A stretch of DNA of 53,402 nucleotides, from the NCBI GenBank assembly GCA_943704425.1, contig CALSCP010002390.1:1-53402 (forward strand). Direction: 5' to 3'. Made by a program: the position numbers and the translations under genes. The notes under the pieces were generated by a model. It had not been told where the DNA came from and did not search any database. It saw only the letters and a list, made by a program, of their open reading frames with translations. The DNA comes from Ministeria vibrans ATCC 50519. Its lineage: Eukaryota > Protista > Filasterea. Positions 1 to 12,686 of the stretch are shown piece by piece. Position 1 is the first letter of the stretch, and every line of letters starts with the position of its first letter.

Positions 1-578
1 ACAACGATGCACATGGCTCTACAAGCGTGCGCTGGTCCGCCAATCAGTCCAAATGGGATTTTGAGTTGACCCTCAAAAATTAAACAGTTCGTCTGTCCAT
101 TGAATATACATTGGTTTCCAGCGAAACCAGGTGGGGAAGGCACAATAAAGCGTGTGCGGCACAGCTAGGGGTCGCATGGGGGACTGTGTCTCGAAATGGA
201 CACAGAAAGAGAATTCGTCCAAACCCCAAACGTTTGAGGGCTCTTCAAAACGCACCAGCTGCGCGTCTTACCTGTACGGAATCGCTTACAATGCAGTCTC
301 GTATGTGTTCGTGACGCGTAACAGGAAAGCGTTCGCTGAGGTGAAGAGACAAACGTCAAAAACAGAATGAACTCACAGCTGTGCGACCCTTGCGCCGGGG
401 CTGTGGGTCTTCTGCGTCTCTTACTGCAGTGCTGCACCTGTCAGTCGGGCTGTCACAGAGAAGCAGAAACTCAATTGATAATATTTTGATTTTATTCATT
501 TCCAATTTTCCATTTTCTCGAGTGATTTCAAAGTAAAGAAGAAACCATTTAAACGATTAACGAACAGTAAGGCGCAAG

Positions 579-639
579 CACTCGCCACTCTCCACTCGCC
601 AGTCGCCACTTGCCACTCGCCACTTGCCACTTGCCACTC
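579..639. repeat. Tandem 7-bp repeat (CACTYGC, about 9 copies) upstream of BI-1
   Basis: cactcgc cactctc cactcgc cagtcgc cacttgc cactcgc cacttgc cacttgc cactc read directly. Confidence 0.9.
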
Positions 640-765
640 TGCGTCCTGCGATCGCATTATTCGCAATACAAAAAAAAAATCGAAATTCAAAAGCAATTAA
701 TAATTATCAAAAATTCAAAATATTTAATTCCATCTCCACAGCTACGTTACAGAAGGTCATCTACA

Positions 766-1991
766 ATGGACATGTTCAGCCGACGCATCAACTGGCACGC
801 CGTGGGCAGCATGGCGCCCCTGACGCCCCACATCCGGTCTCATCTTCGCAATGTCTATCTCCTTCTCGCCGCAACGACCGTGGCCGCCGCCGCCGGTGCC
901 TCTGTGCACCTCTTCACCAACTTGCTGCAGGTATCGGTTTTGGGCGTTGAGACAATGTGCGACTGTTCGCGAAGGAAACCAATAGAACAACGTTTCGACT
1001 TTCGCACTGCCACATCAGCACTCTGCGTGCACGCCACACGCCCCGCTCTGCCCTATGCCCACGCGTGCCATTGCCCCCTGCGTCGCTGCTCGCCTGACCG
1101 CTCACTCTCTTCTGAACTTTTTGTTTTTTCGTTTCTTTTTTTTGTGTGTGTGAACTTTTGGTTCATACGAATTGCGTTTGACACAATTATACATAATGAT
1201 GTGTCAACGCATCCAAACTCCGCCTCACAAGCCACATGACACAACTCATATACTGTTTTGCATTGCTTTGTATGATCGTGTCTGTTCCAATCTACTTATT
1301 GTTCATTGTGATTATTGTGATTGTCTCACGCACTCACTCACTCAATTTCGCAGGGCGGCACATGGTCGGCCATCGCGGCGATCGGCATGCTGTTTGTGCT
1401 TGGACTGAACCCGCCCAATGGGAAGAACGCAACGTCGCGCATTCTGATGCTGCTCTCGTTTGGCTTCCTCAAAGGACTGTCGCTGGGCCCTCTGCTTGGC
1501 ATGGTTCTGCTTATCGACCCGGCCATTGTCACCACTGCGCTCACCATGAGCACTGTACTCTTTACGACTCTCTCCCTCTCAGCGATGTTTGCGCAGCGAA
1601 GGGAAATGCTCTTTCTCGGAGGTACCACAAAGAACGATTAGAACGTCCACAATAATAATTGTAATAATTATATTACTGACAACAAATTTCCATTGTGTTG
1701 ACAGGAATGCTCTCGTCGGCTCTCTCAATGATGTTCTGGATGTCGATTGGGTCGTTGTTCTTCGGACCATCGCTGTTCATGTTCAACATTCAGCTGTACG
1801 TTGGTCTGTTGGTCTTCTGCGGATTTGTCCTCTTTGATACGCAAATGGTCATTGAGAAGTGCGCCATGGGCAATTCCGACCCTGTGTCACCCGCTGCTGA
1901 GCTCTTTATCGATTTTGTCGCTATTTTTGTCCGCATTCTCATCATTCTTGCAAAGGACGGCGGAAAGAAGAAGAAGAACGATCGTCGTTAG
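766..1991 (+). CDS. TMBIM6: Bax inhibitor-1 (TMBIM6 family), 3 exons: about 766-930, 1354-1621, 1705-1991
   Basis: Spliced translation: HIRSHLRNVYLLL...GFLKGLSLGPLL...IDPAIVTTA...RREMLFLGGMLSSALS...LYVGLLVFCGFVLFDTQMVIEK...LFIDFVAIFVRILIIL plus a basic tail KKKKNDRR. GT-AG boundaries are in phase. Confidence 0.95.
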
Positions 1992-2032
1992 GAGAAAGCG
2001 AATGAAAGTTAAAATTGATTGATTGGATTGTT

Positions 2033-2455
2033 TTATTTTGAACCGCCCACAATGGCCAAAATATAGAGAAACAGATTGACAATGTCCAAATAGAGATTCA
2101 GAGCGGCAAAAACGTATTCTGCACAGATAAAACAAAAATGATTATTTGCGACTTTTCTCTGTCGCTTGGCTTCAACTGACCTTCGGGCGACACTGCCAGT
2201 TTGTGCTTTCCGCCAAGCATAATTTGTGTATCGTAGACCAGATAGAGTGCAAAAATGATTGCGCCCAGAGAGGCATAAACCATATTCACCACCTAAACCA
2301 AGAATGGGTACATTGAGTGTTATAGGAAGTCATCAAATGAAATTTGATTGCTATTGAGTCCCAATGAGTGGAATTTTGAGTTTCAATGAAAATGAAATGC
2401 ATTGATTGTTGTTATGGAGATGTCTCACTTGCATCTCACGTTGCTTCTTTTTCTT

Positions 2456-2496
<41 letters not shown>

Positions 2497-3102
2497 TTTT
2501 TTTTTTTTTTCTGTTCTAACCTGATTGGAAAAGGGAATGCAGAGAAATCCAAACATGAGCAGACCAAAGAGCAGAACAAAAAGATAGGGACCAGCGCCAG
2601 TAAAATCGTACTTGGTCTAACAAACAATGACAGTGAGTGACAAATCAAGAGACTGGACGTATAAGATCACACAGATACAGTGAGAGACACACCTGGAAGG
2701 CAAAGAGAGTGAGGCCCAGCACAAGGACTGCGACAACACCAATGGCAATGAGCACTTCGTCAATGGAATAGAATGAGCTGATGACGCCTACAAGGTAGGC
2801 CTCCGCCAGCGTAAATATGCCCAGGAAGATGTAGTTGTGGGGAGTTTTGCGACGCAGGCCGGGACAACATGCCAGGCCGATCAGTGCGCCCAGCGAGATG
2901 CCCCACGCAGACCAAAACATGGAGTTGTTGCCCTGGATGTAGTTCTTGACGGTGTCGTTGAAAATGAACAGACACGTAATGGCGCCCGTCACAAGAAGCT
3001 GCAAAAACAGCAAGCCGTACACCTACAAGCACACAAAAATCTCTTTGAGTTTCTAATACATACCACAAGAAAAACACACGTACCACAGACACCTACCACA
3101 AG

Positions 3103-3158
<56 letters not shown>

Positions 3159-3429
3159 GCACACACACACACACACACACACAGCGACACACGCGTACCT
3201 TCTTAAGAAACGCCCGACGAATGTCACGTTCTGAGAAGCTCGCTAGGAAATCTGTTGGAACTTCGCCCATTGGCACTGACGTCTGCTGGCCATACTGCGG
3301 TTGCTGGTGGGACTGCTGGTGCTGCTTGTAAGGGTCTTCGGCCAGCAGCAGCGCCTGGTTGGGTGATTCGCCGTACGTCGCCATTGACTGCAAACCATTG
3401 GTTACAGAGACGTCTCGTAAACTCTCTCA

Positions 3430-3463
<34 letters not shown>

Positions 3464-3694
3464 AACTCAAACTCAAACTCTCTCAATCTCTCTCAATATC
3501 TCTCTCAAACTCTCTCTCTCAAACTCTCTCTCTCCAAACCCCAAAACACTCCTCCGAGACCCAGACCAACCTCAGCACCATCATGCCCACCCGCCCATGC
3601 GCTTGTGGCACCGCGGGTGGCGTAGCGTGCCCCAAACGAAAGTTGAAGAAAAATTCCCAACCAGTCAACCACCATAAAAAGTTTTTTTTTCTCC

Positions 3695-3727
<33 letters not shown>

Positions 3728-3891
3728 CTTCTTCGCCCCTGGCAGTCGCGCATGCTCTGTTTTACCTCGTCGTAGTTGGGCGGGGCATCTGCGGCGTAGG
3801 CTGAGCCGGCTCCGGCTGAGTAACCGGCGGAATAAGGAGCTGACGGCTGTTCGTCCGCCTTGACGGGGATGTAACTCCCGGATCCCGACAT
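2033..3891 (-). CDS. Lifeguard/GRINA/FAIM2-like TMBIM protein, about 6 exons
   Basis: N-terminal APPNYDE (PPxY), [86 protein letters not shown]. The last exon (2118-2033) was translated manually. Confidence 0.93.
3104..3183. repeat. (CA)n microsatellite in a Lifeguard intron
   Basis: Direct reading. Confidence 0.95.
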
Positions 3892-4142
3892 TGCTTGCTG
3901 GATGGTATGCAGTTGATGCCTCACACAAGCGGAAAGGAGTATTAAATAAAATTGGTCGCGAGTCGAATAACAGTCGATTCCAATAACAGTCGATTCAGAA
4001 GTGATCAGTCGAGACACAAACCACCATAATAATAAAATTAATTAATAATAATATTAATAATAATAATTATATTAAATTTTTTTTATTATTATTATTATTA
4101 TTATTAATTATTATTTACTTTTCGGTCTTTTTCGTCCTGTGA

Positions 4143-7100
4143 ATGCGCCCACTCCGCCTTTCTCCAGTCCTCCTGGTTGCCACACTGTGGTGTCTTCAGT
4201 CCACGTCAGATGCTGCGTCCATAGTGGGCCATATTGTGCCCCACTCGCACGACGGTAAGACCCGCAAGCACAGCGCACACTCACTCGCACACTAACAATG
4301 CTCCCCCTGCCTCCCCCGCTCAACAGACGTCGGCTGGCTCGTCACCCTCGACCAGTACTACGACGCGTATGTGCGACGCATCTACTCGTCGGTCGTCGAG
4401 GCTCTCGGGCAGGCGCCTGCGCGGCGGTTCATCTCCGTCGAGATGGCCTTCTTCAGCAAATGGTGGCACGACACAGCGCACGTCAACGACACGATGCGCG
4501 CCGGGGCACGACAGGCCGTGGAGCGGGGCCAACTTGAATTTGTGGTGGGCGGCTGGACCATGCAAGACGAGGCGTGCACGACGTACGGAGCAAACATTGC
4601 GCAGATGGCGCACGGACATGCCTTCATCGACAGTACGTTCGGTGAGCGTGCCAGACCCCGTCGCGGCTGGCAAATCGATCCCTTTGGCGCAAGCAGCTCG
4701 TGTCATGCTCACTTTCGCGAAATGGGCTTTGAGAGCACCCTGCTCGATCGGGTGTACAAGCCGCTGAAGGAGGAGCTCGAGCAGACGAAACAGCTGCAGT
4801 TCCACTGGACGCCACTCCACGGCAACAACGACACTCGCATCTTCACACACATAATGGACTCACACGGCTACCCCACTGCAGTCCCCGAACTCGCCTGGTC
4901 GCGCCGCTCTGAGCCCATCACGGACCAAAATATTCACAAACGCGCTCAGTCCATTGTCGACAACCTGGTCAAGCGCCAAGAGTGGTTCGAGACCAATCAG
5001 ATTCTCTTTCCGTGGGGCGACGACTTTGCTCACTCGCGTGCAGTCCTTGACTTTGACAACATGGACAAACTGGTTGCGTACATCAACGCACACTCCGCCA
5101 GTGACTTTGCCAATGTGACAGTGCGCTACTCGACGCTCAGCGAATTTTTCACCGCACTCACTCACTCGTCGTCTCGTCCCTTCCCGTCCGTCCCACCCCG
5201 CGACTACTTTCCTTACTCGGACGTTGGCAATCTGACTTTTTGGAGCGGCTACTTCACCAGTCGACCGGCTCTCAAACGGACAGCACGTCAATCGGAGTCA
5301 TTCCAACGCACAGCGGAACTCACTCAGTCAATCTCCGGCGCTTCCTCTGCCCTCCCAGCACTCGCACAGCTGCGCGACGCATGTGCCATTCTCACGCACC
5401 ACGACGCTGTCGCAGGCACAGCTCAGGTGCTGGTCAATCGTGACTACTTTGACCGAGTCCACTCCGCTCAGTCTGCCGTCACTCCCATCCTCGAACAGTC
5501 CATCTCCTCTCTTCTCAATGCCACCGTGCCCCTCTCACTCGACCCAAATCACATGAAATCACTTTCGACAGACTCTCCAGGTTAACACGCATTGCAAATC
5601 AATCACAACGCACTCAAGCTTTCATCGAATTCAATCAAACTCAAACTATCGACTAAACAAATTTTCCAAACTGATACGCTTGTCGATACTTCTGTAGTGA
5701 CTGTGACTGTCTTCAATCCGTCTTCTTGGACCCTCACCCAATTTATTTCAGTCCCTCTCTTTGCACTGCCCTCTCAATCCCACTCCGTTCTCACCGTCCA
5801 CTCACTCAACGACTCTCCCCATTCCAATGAGTCTCCTCTTCCCACTGACATTCTCCCTCAGATTCCCTCTCACCCACAGTACTGTCAAAGTCCCCTTTCG
5901 TGCGGCTACCCTCAAACCAACGCCACTCATTCCCTCTTCTTCCCAATCACTATTCCTCCTTTGGCCTTCCGTTCCTATCGCATCCAACTTGCTCCCTCAC
6001 CCAAATCAAATCCACTTCCGATCGTCTCTTCCTCTCTCCGTTCCATTCAAAATGGTCAGATTCAACTCAATTTTGATCCACAGTCCAATTTGCTCATGTC
6101 ACTCACTCACATTGAGAAAAATTGGACTCAAAATGTGCAACAGAATTTTTTTGAGGTACAAAAGCAAAACAGACAAGGAGATAGTTTGTGTGACGAGAGT
6201 GATTTTTAGTATGAAGATATGGGAGATTTGCACATTAAAAAAGCGCCAGGAGGTAATTTCAATAGGCACAGAAACCCCACCCAATGTGTCACTCATTCAA
6301 GCCACCACCACCTTTAATGTGTTTTCAAACAGTCAATGTGTCAATCATCTTAATGCCCTTCTCATGCCCACACTAATACATTTCACCCAGGCGCATACAT
6401 CTTCCACCCAAAGGGACCAGCAGACGCACTCACCGGACAGCCCACACTGCACACAGTCCACGGCCAGTTTGTCTCTGAAGCCCATCAGTCTTTCACATCG
6501 CACTGCGACGATCCTCTCCTCCACTCTCACTCCTGTGGCGTCTCTCAGGTCTTTCGTGTCTACCGCTTCCCGTCTGAAGAGAGTCGGAGCACTGTACACT
6601 CAGAGAGCGTTCAGATTCTCAATCAAATGGGCCCTCTGAAAATGCAGAGAAATATTGTCTCTCGTTGGTCTCTGTCTGACTTTAACAATGGAAAACAGGT
6701 CGAGACGGACGATAACTGCTTTACAATGCTCAAACGTCCCTACGTCAATGGATTGCCCAGTACACACACACATACCCACCACAAAGATACACCACACACA
6801 CTCACCACAAAGATACACCACTCGCACACACACACACTCACTCACACACACACTCACACACACACTCATACAATCGAGACAGAGAGTGAGAGAGAGACAC
6901 ACACTGAGTGACTCCCTTTTATTTTTGCAGTTGCGGGTCAATATCATCCAATGACGTGTCGTGTGTCGAGCACAAGCAGTAATACCAATAGAACGATTGC
7001 ACTGTTTACAGATCGCACTCGAGGCGCATCAGCGCTTAATCAAGAGGGACAGGTACACTCATACTATTGGCAGACACTCAGTCAGTCACTCGCCCACTCA

Positions 7101-7623
7101 CTGACTCACGGTGCAGATCGAGATGATGATGCACCGTCGTGTGGTGTCAATTGATGGACGTGGACCACTGGACTTGGACGACGAAGACCGTCTGGAGAAC
7201 ATGGAGACGCTGTTTGTGCTCAACGAGCGAGAACGTGTGCACACACAGGCGCATGTGTTGCAGTACCAGCAGCAGCTCACGCCCACCGTGCTCTTTGCCG
7301 AGGGTACCCATGCCCATGCCGCACCGTATGCTATTATTCATCCTAATGTGCTTCCCGAGTCGCTCCATCTGCTGACACTGCAACAGACGAATGAGACCAT
7401 GATCAGTGAACGTGTCGTGCGCATTGCGAACGTCTCACCGGACTCGACAGACTCGGTTGACCTTGCGCGTCTCTTTGCCTTTGCCCAAGTTGTGTCCGTC
7501 CGTGTCCGTGCCCTCTCTGTTGTTGCCCCTCCCAGTACCTCCCAATCGTCCGCTGTCGTCGGCACAGTGGTGACCCTCAAGCCACTCGAGATCACCACAC
7601 TCATTGTCACCTTCAAAATATGA
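4143..7623 (+). CDS. Lysosomal-type alpha-mannosidase (GH38), multi-exon, signal peptide
   Basis: MRPLRLSPVLLVATLWCL signal; spliced HSHD|DVGWL zinc motif; LEFVVGGWTMQDEA; WQIDPFG nucleophile motif; PWGDDF; FWSGYFTSRPALK; THHDAVAGT; C-terminal LKPLEITT. Confidence 0.93.
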
Positions 7624-7696
7624 AATGATCCAAATACAATTATTATTATTATTATTTATTATTACATTTTCTCTTGTTTTTAACATAATCACAACA

Positions 7697-8736
7697 ATGC
7701 CTCGCCGACGATCCACGTCTGCTCCCTTGATGGTGTCTATTGATACTCTGGTACCGATCTAAAAAAAANNNNNNNNNNTCGAAATCGACTGTATTGGGAT
7801 TAGTATCGTATCAGAGTGACGCCAATTATACAATTGCACTTTCTCTTAGATGGACAACTTACCCCCAATCAGGGAAGTGGCGGGTCCCTCAAGCACGCAG
7901 ATGTCCACTGCGTCTGAACATCGCTCTTCAGGATCGGTCACGGCCACGCAAACGGGCGAGGAGGCGCGCGACTGGGGTTTCATTTTCGACCAGGTTGTCA
8001 ACACTGACCCGCACGACAAAGATCCCACTTTCACCGCTCGCGACCTCGCCGCCATGGGCCTGCCCATCTCAGCGCGCGAGACGTCCGCCATGGACATCGC
8101 AGCGACGTCGCAGGACCTGCTGGAGGGCCTGGAGGGGCTGCGCAGACAGTCGGGCGCTGTGCTGTCGCCATCGACGTCAACGCGAATGAGCCTGACAGTG
8201 CCGTCCACCACGGCCGCAACAGCACCCACTCCACGCACTCCTCGCGAGTTTCAGGACGCCATGCAGCGTCTCGCACAACTCCAAGACTTGCGTCAGAGCT
8301 TCCGCAAAGTCTCACTGCAAGAGACGACCGACCAGAGAGGAGAAGCAGCAGCAGCAGTCGAAGATGAAGACGAAGACGAAGACGAAGACGACGACGAGAC
8401 TAGCGCTACTCCAACAAGCACTCACAATATCAAAGAGGAGCGTCGCAAGAACCACGTGCTGAACGAACAGCGGCGCAGGCGCAACATGAAAGAGGCATAC
8501 GACACACTCGCGCGCATTGTCCCATCGCTTCAACACCGATCAACCCCAAAGGTCGACTAGTTTATTCTGACTCTCATCATCTCAACGTTTTGCATCTGTT
8601 GCTATAGACTCAACTCGAGATTCTCAATAAGACTCTGGACTACATTGGATACTTGAGGAGGCAGTGCGAGCGCGTGCATTTGGAGAACATTCAAGTCAAG
8701 GAAGCTTACTTGAAACTCGCAACGGAAAAGAAATAG
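7697..8736 (+). CDS. bHLH-leucine zipper transcription factor (Mlx/Max/Ino4-like). The start is uncertain because of the N gap at 7769-7778.
   Basis: ERRKNHVLNEQRRRRNMKEAYDTLARIVPSL...K|TQLEILNKTLDYIGYLRRQCERVHLEN: basic H-E-R motif, helix 2 after an intron, short zipper. Confidence 0.85.
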
Positions 8737-8793
8737 AGTCGTAGCATGAATAAAACTATATTTTATTTGTGTGTGTGTAATGCCACTGGTTGA

Positions 8794-9829
8794 TCATTTG
8801 CACTGACACTGATTGTCGTGACAGGTGAAAAGGGAATGGGAATGAGCACAGTGGGCAAAGAGGACCGCACCGGAGGCGCTGTCGACAGCAGCGACACGCA
8901 GAGGGACGGACGGCGCAATGGCAAAGGACGGGCTAAGGGACGCACTGAGTGTGCCCGTGGAGGGGTCGCATTGGACGCGCGTGAAGAGCTGGCGGGATGA
9001 GGAGACGTAAAAGTCAACTGCGCCAATAAGCTGATGGGCACAGTGGGGCTGCGCGGGCGGCACAATGAGCAGAATGGAATGGTCCGTGTGGCGGTACGGG
9101 AGCAGACCTGACTGGGCGGGCGGGTCATGGTACGTGGTGTTGCTGATTTGGGTGGGGAGGTGGATGGGCTGGGCACTGCTGAAGGGTGGTGCAACGGTGT
9201 CAGGCTCGGCGTACGACAGAGTGTGGGGCGAGAAGGAGAACACGCGTGATTGTTTGCCGCTCTCCGTGAGATTGGTCAGCTCAAAGTCAGACGGAGTAAG
9301 AGTGAAAGGTGCACTGAGATTGGCCGCCAGTGCGTAGTAGAGTCGCGCTTGCGTGTCAGAGTCGGAAAGAGAGCGAAAGGTGATGGAAATGTGGCCCTGA
9401 GGTCGTCGCAAGGGCAAATAGCTCTTCTCAATGGCCATTGCGGGCAAATCGGGCTTTAGAATGAGTCCTTCAGAATCGGCAATGCCCTTGAGCAGCGATG
9501 CATTCACATACGTAATGGCATCCGCCAGCGCAATGGGCCCCGCTGAGAACACGGCCGCTGCAACCTCCAATGCCGGGTTGGGCTCCACGCCAGGTGTGAA
9601 GCGGTTGCCCGGCTCACGTTTGCTCGTCCAAAAGTTGTCTGCAAAACAACGAAAACAAAAAAGAAGTGAGTTGAATTTTCAAGAAAATGCGTTAAACGAT
9701 GATGAACTCAGTGAGTCAGACAATGAGTACAAATAGTGAAATGATTAGCGCGAGTTCGAGTCCATTTGAAATGGATTACTAGTTGGAGAGTTTGTAGAAA
9801 CAGAAAACACGACAACAACAACAAAATGC

Positions 9830-9867
<38 letters not shown>

Positions 9868-12288
9868 TTTATTCTAGTGCAGACCTTTAAAGGGAATCAG
9901 ACCGAGGCTCCAGGCCCAACGACTGGTCATGCCAATCTGCCACTGGGGTTTCTTGCCTGGCTGGTAGTCGTCACTGGCGCGGATCTGCGTCACCGGTACA
10001 TGCAAAGTGGACTCAAGATAGTCCATGGGGAGGGGCATGCAGTATCTAAGAGAGGCGGTGAGTGTGAGTGAGGCACCGACACAGAGAGAGCACAACGAGA
10101 AAGTAGAATATTAAGTTGATAATTGATTCAACAAAGACCCACACAATGTCGTCAGAAAAAAACACTAATATTAAAGTGACTCACTGGATATGGAGATTGT
10201 TCTGTTGCGCTGCAATCGACATGTTGGTCATCCACTCGTGTGCCACAAACGTATTGTTCTGTGTGATTTGCATTCCCGAATACTGATCAATCAACCTATT
10301 GTGTGAAGGATACAAAAAGGATCAGTTTCCAATACTATCACCACTTATTGCTTTCTTTCTGGTTGCTTTGGCTGACCAATCTTGTTCGTAAACTGTCACT
10401 TTCCACTTTTTCGCTTCGCTCATAATCATTTGCCAAAACTCAAACGTTTTCGGAAGTGCGTACTAAGAGCACAAGCAAAGATGAAATGAATCGAAACTGA
10501 ACCTTGACAAAATTTACCTTTCCCTCTTTCCAAAAAGGGTATTGGGTCTCATTGTACATTGTGTCTGAGGCCCAGTAGCGATTGTGAAGGGTCCAAGTGG
10601 CATTCATTCTGGAGGAGGGGATTGGGAGGAGGAGGGGAGGAAAATGGTGTTTCGCTTTGCATTCGGGTTAGGGCTTATCGTTGCTTACTTCTCCGCATAG
10701 GCAGTGAATCCGCTCGGGAACTGGTCTGGTCGTGGCTCCCACAGTGCCACTCCTCCGTCTTTTCCTTTGTAGTACCACCAAGAATCAAACTAATACAAAA
10801 ATAATTATAATATTATTAAAATTTAACTATTATTAATAATAAATCGAAATAGTTGCTCAGTCGTTTCTCTCGTACCTGAAAATATTTATACGCATTAATC
10901 CCAATCGATTCCAAATACGTTTTCACATCCAAAAAGGTTTCTTCCACAGTCTTTCCTTTTTCCGTCTGATAATAATAATACGCTCCGTTGTCGGTCCAAT
11001 ACCCTAGAAGAGACAATCAGTGCCCGTTTAATGTTGACGCGTTGTACCCAAATGAGTAGTGGTGACGTCGGAATCCAAAGGAGTTGCAGTTTTATTTCCA
11101 AGTTTGAGCAGTAACTGTCCCCTAAGTCAAACAAGAAACAAATTGATTGTGTCACATTAATTGTGCTGAAGGAAGATGAAAAGAATACCACTCAAAGAAC
11201 GTTTGATTCATTCCTGAACCGTAATAGAGTATTTCTTCGTGATGAAAGCCCTTCTCAATGTTGTCAACAAGTCCATTGAGTCCAAACGTGAGCATTCGAC
11301 TTTCGCGATTCGAACTGTGAAATCCAACCTACAAGACAAAGTAAATGTCATCATGTTATTTTCATTCTTGTTGTTGTGCGGCAACATTTCATACTTTGAA
11401 GTTGGTGATGGGAGAGAGAATCACAATGTTTTCCAGGGTGTCATCATAAATACAGAGAGGAACTCCCCCTAAGCACAAGAACATTGTTACATAATAATTA
11501 TAATCAAATCAAAGGAGTAAACAAAGTGTAAACAACCCCTTTTCGTGCGTTACCGTCAATTCCGCCCACGAGAGTGTCTACGCCGCGAGCAATGGTGCCA
11601 GTGTCCCACATCTTGGAGAAGGTGAAGGTGTTCAGGTCGCCGAGAATAGAGAGTTCGTTGAAGGAGATGGAAGGAAACTCCGTCGCAAGAGCGGACGAAT
11701 TGCCAGTGGACGTGCCGGTCAGATCTACGCAGAATCGCACGCGTGAGGGTCTTGTCGCACGGAGTGCACTCGAAGGGGGCACCTGTGAGCGCCGTTTGCT
11801 CAAAGACAAACGCTGTGGCGTCCGAGTATGATCGCAGAGCCGTTTCAAACACTTCGCTGCCGTCCGCAGTCCACGTCCACGCTGTCCGCCTGGAGAGACG
11901 GTCCAGGGTCGTTAGTATGGTGCATGGGGGTGGCGGTGGCGCGGGCCATCTTCTACGAGACGTACGAGAAAGTGCCGATGCGATCAGCGCCCGTCGAGTG
12001 TTGCGTGCTCTTGATCTGCAGGTTGTTGCTATTCTGCGAATAGCGCTTGCCGTTCATGTGCATCGCCGTGTCCATGCTGCACCACCAGCAGTCGTCGCCT
12101 TGGACCAGACAGAAGTGTGCGTCGCCCTCGCTAGTTGCGAAAGAGAGACGAGAGATGAGTTGGATGACATTCAAATGTAACAAAGTGTCAAACTTGGTTT
12201 CAATCGCGAAATCTCCGCCACTTGCGAGGCATTCCGAGACCAGCAAAGTCGCTAGCAAGGCCAACGTGAGATACAGGTGTCGAGACAT
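8794..12288 (-). CDS. Secreted clan GH-D-like glycoside hydrolase (raffinose synthase/GH36-like TIM barrel), many exons
   Basis: Signal peptide MSRHLYLTLALLATLLVSECLA; YWTDNGAYYY, Q|FDSWWY, YEQDW, YCMPLP, QIRASDDY (cf. RASDDF of raffinose synthases), FK|DNFWT, SAGPIALAD, GLILKPD. Confidence 0.7.
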
Positions 12289-12443
12289 GAGAATAATTTG
12301 ATTTATGAAAAAGTAAGTCATATGATAATTATGATTTTTACTTGACTCTGTGCCGGAAATGTTACTGACTCTGCCGGTCTCAAAAATCTCATTCTTCAAA
12401 TTAATAGCTATTACGTTTCGAGAGAGACTGAGGGGGCTCTCTG

Positions 12444-12445
<2 letters not shown>

Positions 12446-12495
<50 letters not shown>

Positions 12496-12579
12496 ATTNN
12501 NNNNNNNNNNNNNNNNNNNNNNNNNNNNNNNNNNNNNNNNNNNNNNNNNNNNNNNNNNNNNNNNNNNNNNNNNNNNNNN

Positions 12580-12650
<71 letters not shown>
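12446..12650. repeat. (CT)n microsatellite interrupted by an assembly gap (N 12499-12579)
   Basis: Direct reading. Confidence 0.95.
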
Positions 12651-12652
<2 letters not shown>

Positions 12653-12686
12653 TCGAGTGTACTCAACACCCAAAACAAAAAAAGTC

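Noticed and set aside
1-520. Possible minus-strand exons (splice-like signals near 270, 375 and 440)
   Set aside because: No consistent reading frame or recognisable product could be built. It may be the 5' end of a gene outside the window.
2386-2648. ORFs made of SLSL/RERE/THTH/CVCV runs (here and throughout)
   Set aside because: Translations of intronic microsatellites.
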